From positions 1,054,001 through 1,118,000 of the forward strand of contig JBLDXI010000042.1 of assembly GCA_047495785.1 (NCBI GenBank): a stretch of 64,000 nt of DNA, given 5' to 3'. The notes beneath the pieces were generated by a model. It saw only the letters and a list, made by a program, of their open reading frames with translations. It was not told the origin of the DNA and searched no databases. Shown here one piece after another: positions 49,103 to 62,372 of this stretch. Both the position numbers and the translations under genes were made by a program. Within the stretch, counting starts at the first letter, position 1, and every line of letters starts with the position of its first letter. The stretch comes from Lepidodermella squamata. Lineage: Eukaryota > Animalia > Gastrotricha.

Positions 49103-52100
49103 ATGAGTTTTTTAAAAACCTGCTTGCTGTTAACAGTTGCTCTAAGCAGCGCAGAGTGCTATTGGCGATGTATCTCGCGATGGAACGACGACTTTATGGG
49201 TTGCAAGTCCAACTGCTCAGTATTTGAAGAAGTCCAGGTAATCACTTGAATTATAATTACCCAGGCGAAGGCTTGACATAATTTTCTGGTAATTTTTAAT
49301 TATTTTTTCAATTTTTAAATTTTAATGAAAATTTCTCTAAATTATTTTGTCAAAAAATAACTGATTTTTCTCATTTTATTTATCGCAGTTGGGCAGAAGA
49401 CGCAACGATTACGACATGTGTATGCGTGGGGTGAGCTTTGACAATTTTTTAAATTTTTATTTCGCGCTAAATTGAATTCTTTAATAACAGGGCGCCCACA
49501 GCTGTTTCAACACAAAGTTGTTCACTCTGCGATGTATATCTCGATGGCGTCGGTGTTCCAATGACGAAATTCCGGTTTGTTGAAATGATTTCTGATAAGG
49601 AATAAGATCAATGTCTATTTCTGCCCAAACAGCACGTCAAATTTACTGCGGAAATGTTCAAATCGAACTATGACGCTTGTCTCCAGACAATTCGGCCCTT
49701 TATGGTTCGCCTTGGCTTTTGCAAATTTTATCTGAGCTATAGTTTTGAATTTCAGGACAACCCAGCGAGGAAATGCGGTAACGGTCGAGATTTGACTTGC
49801 GTCCCGATTGATAGCAACTGTCCTAGCAACTGGGTGAGAATTTATGAATTCCGTTAATTTTGGCTTGACTTTTCAACTTGGGGAAAAGTTTTATTAAAAT
49901 CATTTTTATTTTTTTTTCAGTTCGAACTGACTACGATTATCAGCTTCAAAGAATGTCTCTTGGATATCAAAGGTAGGAAACTGAAAATTTGACTTATATC
50001 TCAGCTTATAAGAAATGCAATTTTTCCAGCTGAAAGAAGCTCAGATTATTCTCCCCACGTTCGGTGCTTTTCGCATACGGATCGCTCATTCGCCGGATGC
50101 TTACCTGCTGTTCCAGGCTGTAACAGGGCTACTACGTGTCAGGTTTGGCATTGTGTGAATTTCATTTCAACGTTATTTTTTCATTCAATATTTGCAGACT
50201 TTCAGTGGCGGTGCGTACATCGACAAAAACCATTGCTCTGCTGGGGTATGGCTATGGCTTTTTTACCTGTTCATGCTCACAAAATAATTTCCGATTCGCA
50301 GCCCGCTGCCCTTTGTCGATCAGGATCGCACGTAGTTTGCCGCGGAATTTGCCGATCGTCCATGACCTTGGTAAGATTCTACAATCTGATGCTTCTTGGC
50401 TCATTTTGAAGTTTCAGGTGGCTACATTCAACGATGCGAGCGATTTTGCTACCAACTACGCCCAATGCCTCAGTTTCGTCCGAATTAACGTAAATTTCTC
50501 GATGTTTTATTCGATTCAAGTTTAATTTTATATTTTTTTTACTTAGAAACCTCATCAGCTTTGCCTCAACTCGCAAAATTATTCGTTTGTGAAATGCGTC
50601 CTAGCTGATAACAGTGAAAGCTGCCCTGAGGGTAGTACTAACCGATTTTCGACTGGAGTGACGTTTCCCAACCTCGGTGAATGTGAATCTGGTTTGTTCA
50701 TTGACAGAAAATCTGGAGCTCTCGGCATTTTTTATAATTCCACAGCACCGCAATCATCGTTCCCTCATGTTAGGTGCTTCGACGAGGCGAAACCTGCTTT
50801 CTCAGGGTGCAAACCAGCCCAACTGCCATGCGATGGGACAAACGTAAGAATTAATTCAATAATGTATATACAACATTTGGATGATTCGATTTTTAGACCC
50901 CTGGAGCGATATTGCCGACGAAATCATCTTGCGAGACAGGGGTAGGTCGGGATGAGTCTTAAATGAAATTTTGACGCGTTATTTCGCTTCATTTCAGAGC
51001 GTTTACCAGTGTCGAATGAATGGGAAGCCGAAAAATTGCCAAGAATCGACAGTGTGCCCGTTGGGATCCTCTTCGGTGAGAATTTCAATTGTTTCCGAAC
51101 TTTGCCTCATTGTTTCCATAATATAGACCGGTGTTTATTCGAGCGGTGATTTCGGGGCTAACTTTGCAGCCTGTGAAGCGGCTCTTCAGGTTAACATCTC
51201 ATGTCAGAGAATCTGCTTTCCAGTAATTGATGAATTCTTTTCCAGGCGAAGCTTTGCACAAATGAACTGATCATGGCCGCCCAATGTGTCTCCATCGCAA
51301 AGGACTGCCCGGCAAACTGGGTAAATCTATGGCTTTAACATGAATCAAACGTCAATGAACACGCACTTTCTATCCATCTAGATCAATCGGCCGAACTCGA
51401 CGTTTAGTTCATTCGATGTTTGCGAGGCTCGTGAGTTCACGCCTTCACATTTTAATTTTATTTTAATTTTATATAACTTGATTTCACTATAGAAACCGTG
51501 TATGGGCTGCCGCTGGAAATGGCGTACCTTCCGCTTACACAGGACCACGGCGCCAGTGATATTAGCGGCAACTCTTACGATGGAACAATCAACTCAGCTA
51601 CGGTCAACTATGACGTTGGACCCTTCGATTACCCAACATCAGCACTCGCAGCAAGCTCTATCCAAGTGAAATTGGAGAGCAGCGACCTGGATTTCGGCGA
51701 ATCCTCATTCACAATTTCCCTTTTCGCCGGATTCGCCTCATACTCTTCGTTTGACAATATTCCGATTCTCGAGTTCGCCAGTGATTCGACGGCGTTTTTC
51801 CGTGTTTTCTACAACCCAAGTTACAACTTGATGTTCATTTACACGGGTAAGTCATAACGTTCATTCTTTCTCATTCGTTTAATGCCCTTTTCTATTCAGA
51901 TTCTGCGAATTATGTTGTCCTAGCTTGCGTTACGCCGATAACCTCTCCCGCGTGGATGTTCCTCGCCGTATCCTACAACAGCGAATCTGGCCAATTGCTT
52001 GCAGTATGCGATAGGCTATCGACCACTTACTCGAAATCGCCAATCGCCGCCTCGAAACTACGCCTTGGCTACAGCATTACAACCGCAACAACCTTCGATG

Positions 52101-52909
52101 GCCGAATGTCTTGCTTATCGATCTTCAAACACGCCCTGACAGCCCAGCAGTTGTGGTTGGTCCAAAAGAAGTGTCTCCAGATTCACGCTGGGAAAACGTG
52201 GTCGCCGGACTCTTTGAGTACCCTCCTACCATCGCATATCGCGAATTGGCCGCTTGTCTCAGATTTCAAGGACCTGGTCGCTCCGGAGGCTGATGCTGTG
52301 AACGCTGGGACACCCCTAGCGCCTACTGGTGGTCCATTCGGCCTGTCGAACACAGCTTTCTACTACAGCCCTTCAAGCGCTATCACTGTGGCTAACGATA
52401 AGGTCAAGTTGAACACGAGCAGCTTTACGATATCGTTTTTCGCTTCTGTTGTAACTCAAACCTCTCGAACAGCGATTGAATTCGCCCCGGATGGAACTAC
52501 GCCTGGGTTGCGTTTCTCCTTCGCCACGAACAAAGTAACTGTCAGAGATTACGGACTGGGGGATAGTGTTTACAATTGCCCAGCTCTGTACAAATGGCAC
52601 TACTTCGCGTGGTCCTTCGACCTTGGGGTGAAAAAAACTGCTACCTGTGACAGAACTAGCTCAAGTTATCCGGCAGAGTCCACGCTGCCGATTACGCAAA
52701 GCGGAGCCTTCAGCTTGGGAAGGTAAGTTAACGATTTCCATTAAATTATCGAATTTTGCGAAATTAATGTAAACAGCTCATGGGAAACGCCAATCACGCC
52801 GTTCCTGGGTGGTATCTCCTGCCTGAACATGTTCGACAAAGCTCTGAACGTCAACCAGCTGCGCATTGTTGAAGTGAACTGTGCACTTCTTTCGATCCAC
52901 ACGCTGTAA
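49103..52909 (+). CDS. Secreted short-exon Cys-rich repeat protein + two LamG/ConA-like domains (copy L3, about 20 exons, apparently intact)
   Basis: I traced 17 short Cys-rich exons in frame from the signal peptide MSFLKTCLLLTVALSSAEC into LamG exons (ORFs 51498, 51956) and a last exon ending IHTL*. Confidence 0.85.
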
Positions 52910-53429
52910 CTGGAAGCATAAATTTGTTGTGATTCGAACACTTGCAAATGCCAGTGATAATGACTATTGCCTAAGTGAAATCTGCATAATGCAATGATTA
53001 TTAGTAAATTATTATTATAGGTGTGTTAGCAGTTGGAATGGCATTGAATTAGAATAAAGAATAAAACCTATTTAGCTTGCTTTTGCCTTATCGGATTGCC
53101 TACAGAGCTTTCAAACCCGATCGAAATTGCGGCGGAATGAAATACTGGTGACAAAAGCCCTAAAATGAGGATCCGACCCTAGGCTTAAAAAAGGAAAGAG
53201 CCATTATTATGGGCTATCCACCGATGTAAGATGTATATGAAAATCGGAGGCGTGAACACACACTCCCTCAACAATTATGCCCATACTGTATACGAGAAAC
53301 AGAAAAAAATCGCGAATGACAACTTAATAATATACGAAAATAAAGCAGCACGTTAACGCGCACACGAATAAGGTTTTTTCAAGCCTTTGCTGGCAGCTGT
53401 ATGTCAGCTTCACTTGTAAAACTTGAGAA

Positions 53430-55393
53430 ATGCGCCACCTAACAGCTTTTATAATCGTCAACCTTGTGCTGGTTGGCGGAGAGGTCGATGTTCAAGATAT
53501 CACCGGATGCGGTATTGTGAACCCTACTGCTATGGCGAAATCGCGAGGGCCTGGCAGCCACCCAGCAGGACCGAACGACTACCCATGGCTGGTTTGTTCC
53601 ATTGTAAATACTGAAATAAATCAAAAATGAGTTTTTCAAGGTTTTTCTTGAAATCTACAACAGCCGCGAGGCGTCAGCCTCTTATTGCGGAGCTTCTCTC
53701 ATTTCGAAGCAATGGCTGATTACAGCTGCTCATTGCGTTTGGAATGCTGGAGAAACCCCGATATTGTAGGGCTTTGTTCTCCTCTGTTTATCGGTCCTAT
53801 TTCTGATCCGTGTTTTTCACAGGATTAAAGCCATGCTAGGTCGCCATAATATCAGTTTTCGTGCAGAGACGGCCTCTTACGAATCTCTCGTATCGCTACC
53901 TCCTTTAGTCCATCCGTTGTACAATGGGAGTCGGAATTTCTACGACTTTGATTTCGCACTTTTGCGACTGATGAGCCCTGTTCGTAGATTCACTCAAGAG
54001 ATCAACCCGATTTGCTTGCCGGACGCGGCTACCATGTGCCGAGCCTACTCTGTTACCGACAATTCGATCGACGGGTGTGATTCAGCGGTTGCTGTTGGCT
54101 GGGGTCATTTTGCCTACAGTATGTTTTTTTCTGACTGATGAAGGATTCCAAGGCCTCCCAAACAGGAAAATTATAATCATAGCGCTGCTGCATAAACTAA
54201 TACTATTCTGTCATATTTCAGCTAGACTGTCTGAGATCCCGAGGAAGCTGGACCTCCAGTTTCGATCGTACGCAAACTGCTCGCTGGAATATTCCCGCGG
54301 CCGCTCTCGTCCGGTCACCATCACCGACTCGAAGATGTGCTTTGCCGCCGATGACAGCGACGTTTGCTTCGGGGATTCTGGGGGCCCTCTCATGTGTTTG
54401 AAATCGAGACGGATTTACTTGCTCGGCATTATTTCGAACGGCGATGAGTCATGCAACGGATACACTCCAGGGATCTACAGCAGAGTCTGCAAGGTTCTCG
54501 ATTGGATCTCGGACAACACTGACATTCGCAGCCAGACAGGTACTCCCGAGCAGTCTTGTCCTGTGCCTAACGTATCGGCAGGATTTGTAACCCGTGTGGA
54601 CCCAGAAACTGCGCAAGATACCGGCGAAGTTTTGATGCCTGGAACTGCAGTGGAAAGAGGAGCGGCTGTTAGCGTGAAATGTAACCCTGGTTATACCTAT
54701 TCATCCCCTGTCTGGATTGCTTCGTGTTTTCCTCCATTTCAACCGCTACCGGTGTTCAACGGAAGATGTATCCCGCTAAGTAAGTAAAGTAATTTTCAAC
54801 TGGAAGAAGAATCTGAAAACGATGAAAACATAAACTCTACTACAGCTGTTTTCAGCAGTATAAATCTCGTGCCAGTATTCTTAACTAAGTTATTTCATAC
54901 GTAAGATCAAGACTGCGGCCCTGTCCCTGAAGTGAGAAATGGATATTGGACTAGCTCCAACACATCAAGTTCTTACTTGTTCCCGATAACATTGGTCTGC
55001 AATCCGGGCTTCAAAATTGTTGGACAGGGAACAAGTCAATGCCAAGCAAACGGCAACTGGTCTGCGGCTGGTAGCTGTGAAGAATTAGGTGACAAAATTT
55101 CTCAGTCAATCTCTATTTTTCTAAAAAAGACCATTCTATCAAGAGTGTGGACCGCCACCTACGATAAAAAACGGATACGTATCGAGCTTCGGAGCCAACC
55201 GAAGCATAGCATGCATCCTGAATTTCGAGATTCGAGGAAATGCATTTATATTGTGCCTCCCGAACTTAACCTGGTCCCCGCCTGGTTCTTGCGTCTCAAC
55301 TCAGCAGCGAAGACCTGTAAGTTTTCTAGGAAATGCTACCAACCGCGGGTTAATTCCACACAGATTACAGCTCAAAAAGTGATATTAGAATAA
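53430..55393 (+). CDS. Trypsin-like S1A serine protease followed by three CCP/sushi domains; multi-exon, 3' end approximate
   Basis: Signal peptide, catalytic motifs TAAHC, DFALL and GDSGGP, Asp189. CCP motifs C..P.V.NG...CNPGF..G...C..NG.WS...C follow. Confidence 0.85.
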
Positions 55394-55893
55394 ATACAAG
55401 ATGATACTGGCTGGGATAAGGAAAATCAACAAAAGGGGCCCCCCCCCTTCGGTCTTTGACTGAGTTCGCCTTGCCGAGCGATTGTTTCTACTTGTTTTCG
55501 AGGACCCAGCCGAAGAAACCAAAGGGTCCCCCATGTGGTTTCAGCCTTTCTCCTGTTGGGGTTTCGGTGTAATTCGCACCCTTCGCACCTGTGCTTCGCT
55601 CTCATTTTGTTTCCTGACCCACCTGAGCTGGGGAAGGACGTTGCCGCCCGATCCTAAAGCTTTTGCATTTGTTCCAGTGAGGTTTTTCAGGCCAAGTACC
55701 AATCTCTAATTCACCCTAAATCCACCTAAAATTTGGTCTTCATAATGAATAATGATGGTTAGTCGAGAACTTGCGATCTTAAATTTTATGTCTAAGCAGC
55801 CTGTTCCCGCTCTTACTTCCTTATTGTTTGATCTCTTTGCGCTTAGTTTGATGCGAAATCTCAATTTCTTCTTACAAGTACCAGGTCAGTAAA

Positions 55894-56380
55894 ATGTACG
55901 AGCAGTTGTTAAATGTGACAGCGATTGCAGACGATGTTGCGCTGGTACGGCAACTCGTTGCAGAGATAGACGAATCCACTGGCGGCATGTTCGACCCGAA
56001 CTGGCGCGATCTCAATGCGCTAAACTGTAGCGAATGCTCTATGAATGACACACGGCTACAACAAGTTATATTAAGGACGTTGTTGATGAATGCGGCTTGG
56101 AATGGGCAAGTCGAAATAGTTCGACTGTTGCTGGATCGCAACGCTGATACCGACGCGGCGAATTTATGTGGCAGAACGGCGTTGATTTATGCTGCTGCGA
56201 TAGGTTATTCCGATGTGGTTGAACTGTTGTTAGATCGCAAAGCCGATATCGATGCCACGGATGGCTATGGCATGTCGGCATTGTCGCATGCGGCGGCATT
56301 TGGGCAACCTGAGGTACATCGGCTGCTGCTGGATAGAGGCGCGAATAGGAATTTATCATGCATTGAAGCGTCCAATTTAG
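55894..56380 (+). CDS. Short ankyrin-repeat ORF (about 3 repeats) abutting a LamG gene remnant; possibly a pseudogene
   Basis: LLMNAAWNGQVEIVRLLLDRNA, GRTALIYAAAIGYSDVVELLLDRKA, GMSALSHAAAFG. Confidence 0.65.
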
Positions 56381-56419
56381 GTATGTGTTTAAACAAAACC
56401 GTTCGTGCCGATGGTAGTC

Positions 56420-56790
56420 GCCCGTTCCAGCTCTGTCCAAATGGCAATACTTCAAGTTGCCGGGAAAAAGTCCTGATTTGTACGCTAGACTTAGTTCTAC
56501 TATCTAGTATAGTTCAGCAGCGTCAACATCGCCGATTACGCGAAGCGGAGCCTTCAGCTTGGGAAGGTGAGTTACGTCTATTTCCTTCTTTACTTGTGAA
56601 TTTCGCGAAATGAATGTGCATAGCTCATGGGAAACGCCTATCGCGCCGTTCCGCGGTGGCATCTCTTGCCTGAACACGTTCGATGAACTTCAATGAGCGC
56701 ATTTCCGAAGTGAACCGCGCAATTCTCTTCATCCACACTCTCTAATTGCAGCTTAAATTTGTTGTGATTCGAACATTTGCCTAATTGTAG
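56420..56790 (+). pseudogene. Degenerate copy of the 3' end of LamG gene L3 (L4)
   Basis: Nucleotide matches to 52580-52945 (CCAGCTCTGT.CAAATGGCA, GGAGCCTTCAGCTTGGGAAGGT, CTCATGGGAAACGCC and the 3' UTR), with indels. Confidence 0.8.
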
Positions 56791-57832
56791 ACCACTTGAT
56801 GAAATGGTTATTAGTAACTTACAGGTGTATAAGCAGTTTCAGGGTTGTTTTCGCAATTCTTAATGTTTCCCTATTTTTTCTCTCCTATGATGCCATGGCT
56901 TGGTAAAATGAATAAGTGAATGCCAGAGATGCGCGTTGCTGTGAGCTGGCTCTTACGGGTTTCGATTCCTATTTCAACCGATTAACGGCTAACGGCTGGA
57001 AATCGAGAAAACTCATCGTTAATTAAAAAACGGGGGGCGGCAAATTTCAAGCCAGCTGAGAGGCCGGAAATTTGCCAGGAGATGGATATAATACGACTTG
57101 TTTGCTTGCATCAAAGCATCAATTTTCACCCAGGCTGAAAATTCGATTTGATTCATAACATAATAAGGCCTTTGAGTTACGAATAAATGAACTCACGTAT
57201 AGAAAAAAATATGTTATTGCAAGGTTTTCGGGTCTCAAAATGAGTCTCTTGGGATAAGTATTCCATTCCAAGGGAACCGAGAAAAACCCTCAGGACTGGA
57301 AAAGGTGTCCCATCACGTGTCATCGAAAGATTCAGCCGAATTAGAATGAGAGGGTTTACATGAGCTCTAAGCTAGTTTCGCCTACCTCAAATCAACCTGG
57401 AGCAGCTCTGATTAAAAGGCGGAACAAGATGATAGTTTTTCGTGATTTTAGAATTTTTTAAATTGTTCAAAATGCCCTTCATTGAACTCGCAAATAAAAT
57501 GGAAAATCGACAAGAATGAAATGAAATTGAAACAATTTTCGATGAATCTAAACACGGCTGGGCGTGAGGTTCCATTGGAGCCCAAGTTTTGTTCCCTGTA
57601 ATAATCCCATTCCTCGCGAGACAATGCATCGAGCCTCAAACAGAAAAATCTCATCCAATCGATATTCCTAAGCTGTATTTGATGCAAAGAGTCTCGCGTG
57701 GATTTCATTTCAACGACTGAGTAAACATCGAATTCCGTTTTACCGAGCTGGCGAGCGAGACTGGCGCAGAGCAAATGTTTCAAAACCACTGCTTCATTAT
57801 ACCTGTTTTCGTACATGTGTTTTTTTCCAAGT

Positions 57833-57850
57833 CCGGAAATTTGACAGGAG
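57833..57850 (+). promoter_or_regulatory. Conserved upstream motif CCGGAAATTTGACAGGAG of the LGIC paralogues (also ~39345, 43124, 57064, 60930, 63092)
   Basis: Recurs about 80-130 bp 5' of LGIC start codons, including in otherwise diverged flanks. Confidence 0.5.
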
Positions 57851-57958
57851 ATTGATGCAGGTTGTTTATTTACTCAACGCCTATCACTAGCTACGTATGA
57901 CATTCGCACGAGTAGAAGCAAATCGTCTGTAGATACTTCTAGAGCCGGACTCTTTTAC

Positions 57959-59527
57959 ATGATGTATCATTACCACTTATCATTTTCGATCATTTTTACG
58001 GCCTATTTGGCTTATTCAAAAGCTGGGAACATAGACAGCGAGATTCCGTTGTTCAGACCGGATGCTCGTGAGTTGAAAGACGTCCTTATCTCAAGATGCG
58101 GCCTCGATCAACGCAATAGACCAGTTGCTAACTTCAGCGAAACCACTCTCATTCATGTATCAATATTGCCATATTATTTCCGAGGGATAAACGAAGACGA
58201 ACAATCGTAATAATTCTCAGTTTTCTACTATAAATATCTATTCGATACTATCTATTCCCAGGTTCTCGTTTTACGGCGAGCTTCGTCTCACGTGGAAGCA
58301 CCCGTGTGCGATCTGGAATCACATTTCAAACTATTCACACATAAAAATCATCGATTTGAAGGGTTCGGAAACGTGGACGCCTGGCTTCACTCATATCAAT
58401 GCGTTCGAAATGTCGACAATTGAAAGGTTTTGACGCAAATTTTGAAATCTCGCCATTTGATTATTTTACAACTGACCTTAGTTTGAGCAAGAGTGTCACG
58501 ATTGTGTACTCCCACGATGGCCAGGTAACAATGTACCTGCAATCTACTTTCAAGTCAACTTGCAGCCTGAAGTGAGTGGAGAAATACGTATTTTAACATT
58601 TTCAAGGCCCAAGTAAGGGTTCCACTGAAAATGCCAGAGCTGCGATCAGGTTATGGCTAAAACACCATTGAGCTTAGTCGTTATTATCTGAGAGCAATGA
58701 AGTCGGGCTAGGTTAAGCTTGAGCTTTACGGTTAGCGTTAGGATCTATTCCGGGCTAGATTTAGGAAGTAGGATCAGGCATAGAGATTGGGGCTAGGGGT
58801 TCCTAGGGATTCCAAGCTCAGATAAAATAGCAGTTTATGACCCTGCTGTCAATTGCTGATCACTATTTTTTCTTGCAGCTTTTTGAAATTCCCATTCGAC
58901 AAGCAATCTTGTGGCATGGAAATGGAATCTTTTTACAGCACAAGGATAACAAAATACCTCATCAAAGATAGAGGTATTACATTAGCAAACGTTGGCGAAT
59001 TCATTAACCCGAGTGAAATGTGGCTATTGAAGTCATACAAAGCCAGCTACGTAACGGACCTAAGCGATGACGGAGACTATACTTACTCACTGCTACGATT
59101 TAGCTTCGACTTCGAACGCCGGTACGGTTTCCATCTGCTGACAATATTTTTCCCGAATATCTGCCTACAACTTGTTCTCATCGCCGCTGGTTTCATGCCG
59201 CCTGAACACCCTGATCGGCCTACATTCTGCATAACTGTCGTACTGGCCTATGCAGTTTCGCAATCGAGCATCGGCGAATCCATACCAAAATCGGCTGAAA
59301 TACCGTACATTTTGATATTTCTAGCCGGTCAAATGGCGATTGCAGTGCTTTGCGCCGTCTATTGCCTCATTGCTAGCGATTTGGCGGGTAGGAAGCGGTT
59401 CAGACGAATTCAAGCTAAATTGATGAGAATGAGCCTTATCCGTCTTATTGATTGTATCGTTTTTGCGTTTATACTCATCATCACCTTTCTTATTGATGTT
59501 GTTGTGCTTGTGTTAATGAGCAAGTAA
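57959..59527 (+). CDS. Divergent Cys-loop LGIC copy G (intron 3 expanded to ~300 nt)
   Basis: Same motifs and intron positions, in frame. Confidence 0.9.
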
Positions 59528-61035
59528 ATAATGCGAATTTTTTCGAAGCAAATATTGGTCGTAAACTGTTTTGTAGAGAGTTTCTATAGCCTCTAGCAAA
59601 GTGCCTCAAGGAATAATAGGGTTCATCCCTGACAAGTAAAATTGTTCTGCACAATCAACTCAATCAACGACTTAATCAGGACCATTGCGTCGATGTTCCT
59701 CATCCTTACGAGTTCTGCGGCCCTACTTCGCTCTCTGGTGTACTGTAACGAGCTCTGACTGTATAACTGACCATAAGTCACAACAATTTCAAGAAATGTC
59801 CAGGAGACTAGAGAGCGCTGAAAGCTTGCACTCCACCTCAAACCTATTCTTTACAAAAGTGAAATATTGACCCAATGCCCATGCGAAAGTTCAAAGTGTT
59901 AACTTCCTTCAGACTTCAGAGCCATAGTGACGCCGATATTGCGTCTCAAGAAAAATCTGTGAATTTAAATTTTCTAGCGTTATTGCGGCATAATCGTCTC
60001 ATTAATCGCCCTTTGGCCTCATTATCACATGCCACATAATAATCGAATACCAACATTCAGCCTCTAAAAATAAAAATGATAAATCCATTTTTCTAGACAT
60101 CGATCTTGAGAAATGTTTCGCCACTGAATACGCTGGAAAATTGTACAACTTCGAAAAACTATGCTCGAAATTACGGCTCGAACTGCGGCTTAAATGTGTC
60201 CGAAATCGGAAAATTGATTCAAGATTTGTTGTTAATTTGACTGCCCCATAAATAAATAAAAACTTATTTGAAAACTACGACACAATTTTATGATTAGGAG
60301 GCTGGGAGTGTCAGCTAGACTGCACCGGTCAAATCTCTTCATACGGAAATCTCACTCACTAACGATAAGCCCTAGGGCTAGAGTAAGTTGCATGCCCTTC
60401 TAGTCCTCAAAGCTCGCTTCGAAACAGAAATCATAATTATAAGTATTATTAGTATAACAATAGGGTCAGGTTACCTAAATATGAACGGAAAATTTTCACT
60501 TTTTTCAAATCCTTGTCATTTCATAACAATGAAGTTCTCCAGGCTCATATTTGGCTAGTCGGTTCTAGCCAAAATTACAACTCATTTTTATATTGCTTAG
60601 CTTAAAACTAACTTGTTTGTTTTTCAAAACCTCATTTTGAATGTCAGAAAATTCAAACAGACATCCAGTTATTGACATCCAATTATTGATGAAATGACGC
60701 GAAGTTAAATGGCGAGATCCTCTCAGGTGGTTCCTGTGTGCTCATCGCATTATGCATGATAATCCGAAGCGACTGAGTTCACTTCAGCCGCTGAGTAAAG
60801 ATCGAATTTCATTTCAGCAACCCAGGAAAGCGAGTTACTTCCTTCTTCATGTTCCATTTAATTTTATATCATTCTAATGAATTAATGGTGCGCAAGTATG
60901 CTTTCGTGCATGTGTGATTTTGCCAAGTCCGGAGATTTGTGAGGAAATGGATCTCGGATGTTTACTCACTCGGTACCGATCACTAGACAGATATTCAGGC
61001 ATATTACGCATCAAACGAAAGACGGACACTTCCAG

Positions 61036-62372
61036 ATGATGTTGCCGATAATCCTCACAGCCTATTTGGCGTATTCGAAAGCTGAAACTCTTGACGAGGA
61101 GATGCCGTTGTTTAGACCGGATATTCGTGGGTTAAGAGACCTCCTGATCTCAAGATGTGGCCTAGATCAACACCTTCGACCTGCCGCTAATTACAGCGAA
61201 ACTACGCTCGTTTACGCATCATTGTCGCCATTTTATTTCCGAGGAATTAACGAAGACGAACAATCGTAATTATTGCACTTACGAATTTCTATAATTTGTC
61301 ATTATGTTCTCAGGTTCTCGTTTTACGGCGAGTTCGCTATCAGCTGGAAGCACCCATGCGCGACCTGGCAGCACATTTCGAATTATTCCCATATAAGAGC
61401 CGTCGATATGAAAGGTTCGGAGACTTGGACGCCTATCTTCACTCACACAAATGCGTTCGAAGAGTCAAATATTGAAAGGTTTGCAAGCTTTACTTGAAAT
61501 TTTCCCAACCCAACAATGCATTTTCCTTCAAGCTTAAGCAAGAAAGCTAATGTTGTATATTACAACGATGGCAAAGTAACAATGTTCCTGCAAGGCGCTT
61601 ACAAATCACTTTGTAGTCTAAAGTATGTCAATACATCGCAGTTTTTGATTTCTTGTGTGTTATTCAACAAAATTAAGGTCATTAGATATGATTTTAACAC
61701 TGTGATTGACAATATGATTTTCGCAGCTTTTTGAACTTTCCCTTCGACAAGCAAACATGTGGCATGAGGATCGAATCCTTCTTCACCACACGGATAACAA
61801 AATATCTGTTCCAGAATGGTGGCATTGAAACAGTGAACTATGCGGAGTTCATAAACCCGAGTGAGATGTGGTTATTGAAATCATACAATGCCGAGTACGT
61901 TTTGGACGAATCCGATGATGTGCTGACCTATTCAGTACTTCGATTTACCTTCGACTTCGAACGCCGTTACGGTTTTCATTTGCTGACAATATTTTTCCCG
62001 AATATCTGCCTACAACTTGTTCTGATCGCCGCTGGTTTCATGCAACCTGAACAACCGGATCGACCGAACTTCTGTATCACTGTCGTACTGGCCTATGCAG
62101 TTTCGCAATCGAGCATCAGCGAGTCGATACCGAAATCTGCGGAAATTCCGTACATTTTGATATTCCTAGCCGGTCAAATGGCGATTGCCGTGCTTTGCGC
62201 CATCTATTGCCTTATTGTCTGCGATTTAGCCAGTATAAAGCGGTTTCAAGGCATTAAACCTAATTTCATGAATATGAGCCTCATTCGCCTGATTGATTGT
62301 ATCGTTTTTGGGTTCATTCTCCTCATCACTGTTTTGACCGATGTCGTTGTGATTGTGTTAATGACCAAGTAA
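61036..62372 (+). CDS. Divergent Cys-loop LGIC copy H
   Basis: Same motifs. The M1-M2 linker is the variant QPEQPDR. Confidence 0.88.

Noticed and set aside
57448-57816. 122-aa minus-strand ORF upstream of LGIC G
   Set aside because: The homologous DNA upstream of copy I contains stops and that upstream of copy H is degenerate, so it is more likely duplicated promoter sequence.
58690-58810. Telomere-like TTAGG/CTAGG repeats in intron 3 of LGIC G
   Set aside because: Too degenerate and irregular to call interstitial telomere; probably a small repeat insertion.
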